A stretch of DNA of 64,000 nt from Lingula anatina (lineage: Eukaryota > Animalia > Brachiopoda). Location: contig CM120643.1 of assembly GCA_051362555.1 (NCBI GenBank), forward strand, positions 10,912,001-10,976,000, read 5' to 3'. Numbering within the stretch: position 1 is the first letter of the stretch; every line of letters begins with the position of its first letter. A program made the translations under genes and the position numbers. The notes below the pieces were generated by a model, which was not told where the DNA came from, searched no databases, and saw only the letters and a list, made by a program, of their open reading frames with translations. This document shows positions 61,690-64,000 of the stretch, one piece after another.

Positions 61690-64000
61690 GTCTGAATATT
61701 GGAGGTCAGCACCATTGCCTTCACTGTCCATTCATAGCATCGTGCCCTTCTGAACTGAAGAAGCATGCCTACATCCATTCAGATGAGTACCCCTACAAGT
61801 GTTCTTGTGGACAGGGATTCAAATGGAGAATTGACCTCAAGGAACATGCTGACAGCCTGCTTCACCGCCCTTTACCCAGAAAGACCCAGACTGATGTAAC
61901 AGAAAAGCCTTCCAGTGAATCTTGGACCCTTTCCTCAGTATCAAACCGTCCTCCACCTCCACCCTACCCAGAGGCTATACAGGCTAAGAATGCACCAGAT
62001 GTAGGGTTCCAGCATGATGTACAGGGAATAAAGGATGCTTTACCCACATACAGGTGCAGTGAATGCCAATATGTCACCTATAAGAAGCACTTGTTGGAGG
62101 CACATGCTAAGATTCACAAGCAACCTGGGAGGCCAACAGGGGGGAAATTTAAATGCAAGCGCTGTGACTTCCAGGCCCAAGACTTGTCCTCCTTTCTTCA
62201 GCATCGAATAACACACTCTTCCCTTTCAACTGGAAACAGCCCTATCAAACCATTATCTGCAACAGGCCAAATCAGTAAGATGGTCACCAGCCAGGGGCAG
62301 ACCTTGAAAGTCACAGACACCCAGACCTCATCAGCCGGGACTGCAGTTACCTTCAAAATGGAGAAGAAACATCGCCGTAAGCCTCTGACTGTTTACAAGT
62401 GCCCCAAATGCCCATACAAATGCTTTAAGAGATCTGGATTAGAACTTCATGAAGCAATGCATGAACCGAGAGGGGAAGATGCATTTGTTTGTGACTACTG
62501 TGACTATAATGTGTATAGCATGAGTCTTCTGTCCCAACACATGAAACTTCATGGTGAATTTGCCAAGAATAAAGTTACTCAGCCTCAGCCAAGTCAGGTG
62601 CAAAATGCCCAAATTTCATTGCTGCCTCCACAGCCTATTTCTAGTCAAAGCACTTTTGTGTCCCCACAAGTACCTGGTCAGGCTGTCTTCCCAGGGCCCA
62701 TGAATCCCCAGGAGAGTACAGTTCAGTCCAGCTTGGGACCTGCAGTGTTTCCTCAGGCACAACAGCCTTACATGGAGACCTCCACTACTGACTTTATTTC
62801 CAGCAGTCAACACCAGCAAAACAGTTCAGCAGGGGTTACACTGCAGCAGCAGCAACAGCAGCAACAACAGCAGCCAAGTTCCACCGATGGTGCGGTGTCA
62901 GGAATGTACTGGACTTTTGTGCCATATTCACAGAACACTTCCACTGCAGCAGCTACCACAAACGTCTCCATGGCTCCCAGCTCCAGTGTTGTTGTGGCAC
63001 CTAGCACTAATGTTGGCGTGACAACAGATATTCCAAGAGCAATTGTGGTGCCATCTACACCTTCCAGTGCAAGCAAGGTCAAGTCCTTCAGAATGATGAC
63101 CCAGGATGAACCCAAGGTCAGAAAGGTTAGGGTTATAGGTGAAATAAGCAAGTACCAGTGCCCCAGATGCCCTTATGTCACCAAAAACAAAGGGAATTTT
63201 GACAAACATGTGCCCATGCACTACAAACGCTTGCGTTTTGTTTGTGAATGGTGTGACCTCAATACTAATCGCCTGAATCTCCTGTACAGACATGCCCTTA
63301 TTGTTCACCCAAGAGAGGCACACGCTGTAGAGAAGAAGGAATTTTTCAGACGAGTGAAACTGAAGTCTACGCGTAAGTTCAAGATGTATAAAATGGAGAA
63401 TGAGAAGATGGTAGCCCATGATGTGAACAAGATCAGCTCTTCCTCTTCTGCAACACCCGTCTCTTCTACTACTGCTCTTGGTTCAGCTGGGGTGAGCATC
63501 TCAGCTGCTCAAGCCACTGCTGCTGTTCAGGCAGTGCAGTCAACACCCTTAAGCACCCTTAAAACACCCTTAAGCAGTGGGACCTCAAAGCTTGCACAAG
63601 AATACACACCAGTTACCACCATGGTGCAACAAACTAGACAGAAACTTCAAGGACCAAGCATGGTACCTCAGAACAACACCCTGGGTATGGAAAAGGGCAT
63701 GACTTTTCATAAGAAGAGAAAATTCCGTTGCAACAAGTGTAATTACATCACAGACAACCTCTTTAACATCAGGCGCCATGTCCAGAAGCATGGCAAGGGC
63801 TACAGATATCAGTGCAAGTTTTGTGATTACAGTTTGGATCGACTTAATTTGCTGTGTAACCATGTCAAGCTTGTCCATGGCGTAGAGAATCCAAAACTGA
63901 GTGAGTCATACACTGTAAATCCAGAGGCCATCAATATGTACAGACCTCGCATTAAGCTTCCTTCAGTGTCACGTGTGAAGGTGCCTCCCACGAAACCTGG
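61690..64000 (+). CDS. Zinc-finger protein coding exon B (10 further fingers, Q10 tract), running off the right edge
   Basis: Frame spot-checked as open at several points: CLHCPF..HAYIH, CSECQY..HAKIH, CKRCDF..HRITH, CPKCPY..HEAMH, CDYCDY..HMKLH, CPRCPY..HVPMH, CEWCDL..HALIVH, CNKCNY..HVQKH, CKFCDY..HVKLVH. It is missing from the ORF track, presumably because no stop occurs in the window. Confidence 0.9.

Noticed and set aside
58113-63878. Minus-strand and alternate-frame ORFs overlapping the zinc-finger exons, including the poly-Cys ORF 62807-63151
   Set aside because: They are shadow frames of the real CDS; poly-Cys is the antisense reading of the CAG/CAA tract.

Overview
This is AT-rich eukaryotic DNA from an animal, most likely an invertebrate; the species cannot be determined from sequence alone. 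Positions 1-47 kb contain no convincing protein-coding ORF. They are filled with microsatellites, many short inverted-repeat (MITE-type) elements and a decayed Tc1 transposon (32129-33555), and a minus-strand intron acceptor lies at the left edge. A plus-strand gene probably starts near 47.9 kb. It encodes a very large protein with at least 20 C2H2-type zinc fingers plus CtBP-type and SUMO-interacting motifs (coding exons 57792-61305 and 61690 to beyond 64000; the second exon is absent from the ORF track). Its inferred 5' intron holds the most striking object: an antisense 4.17-kb Ty3/Gypsy element with two almost identical 599-bp LTRs, a tRNA primer site and a 4-bp TSD. Its gag is frameshifted and carries 11 Q-rich heptad repeats. 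Its pol is almost entirely deleted, and a remnant envelope (F-protein-like) gene survives. It reads as a recently mobilised, non-autonomous derivative of an env-bearing invertebrate endogenous retrovirus. All alignments and counts were done by eye, so boundaries may be off by a few bases.
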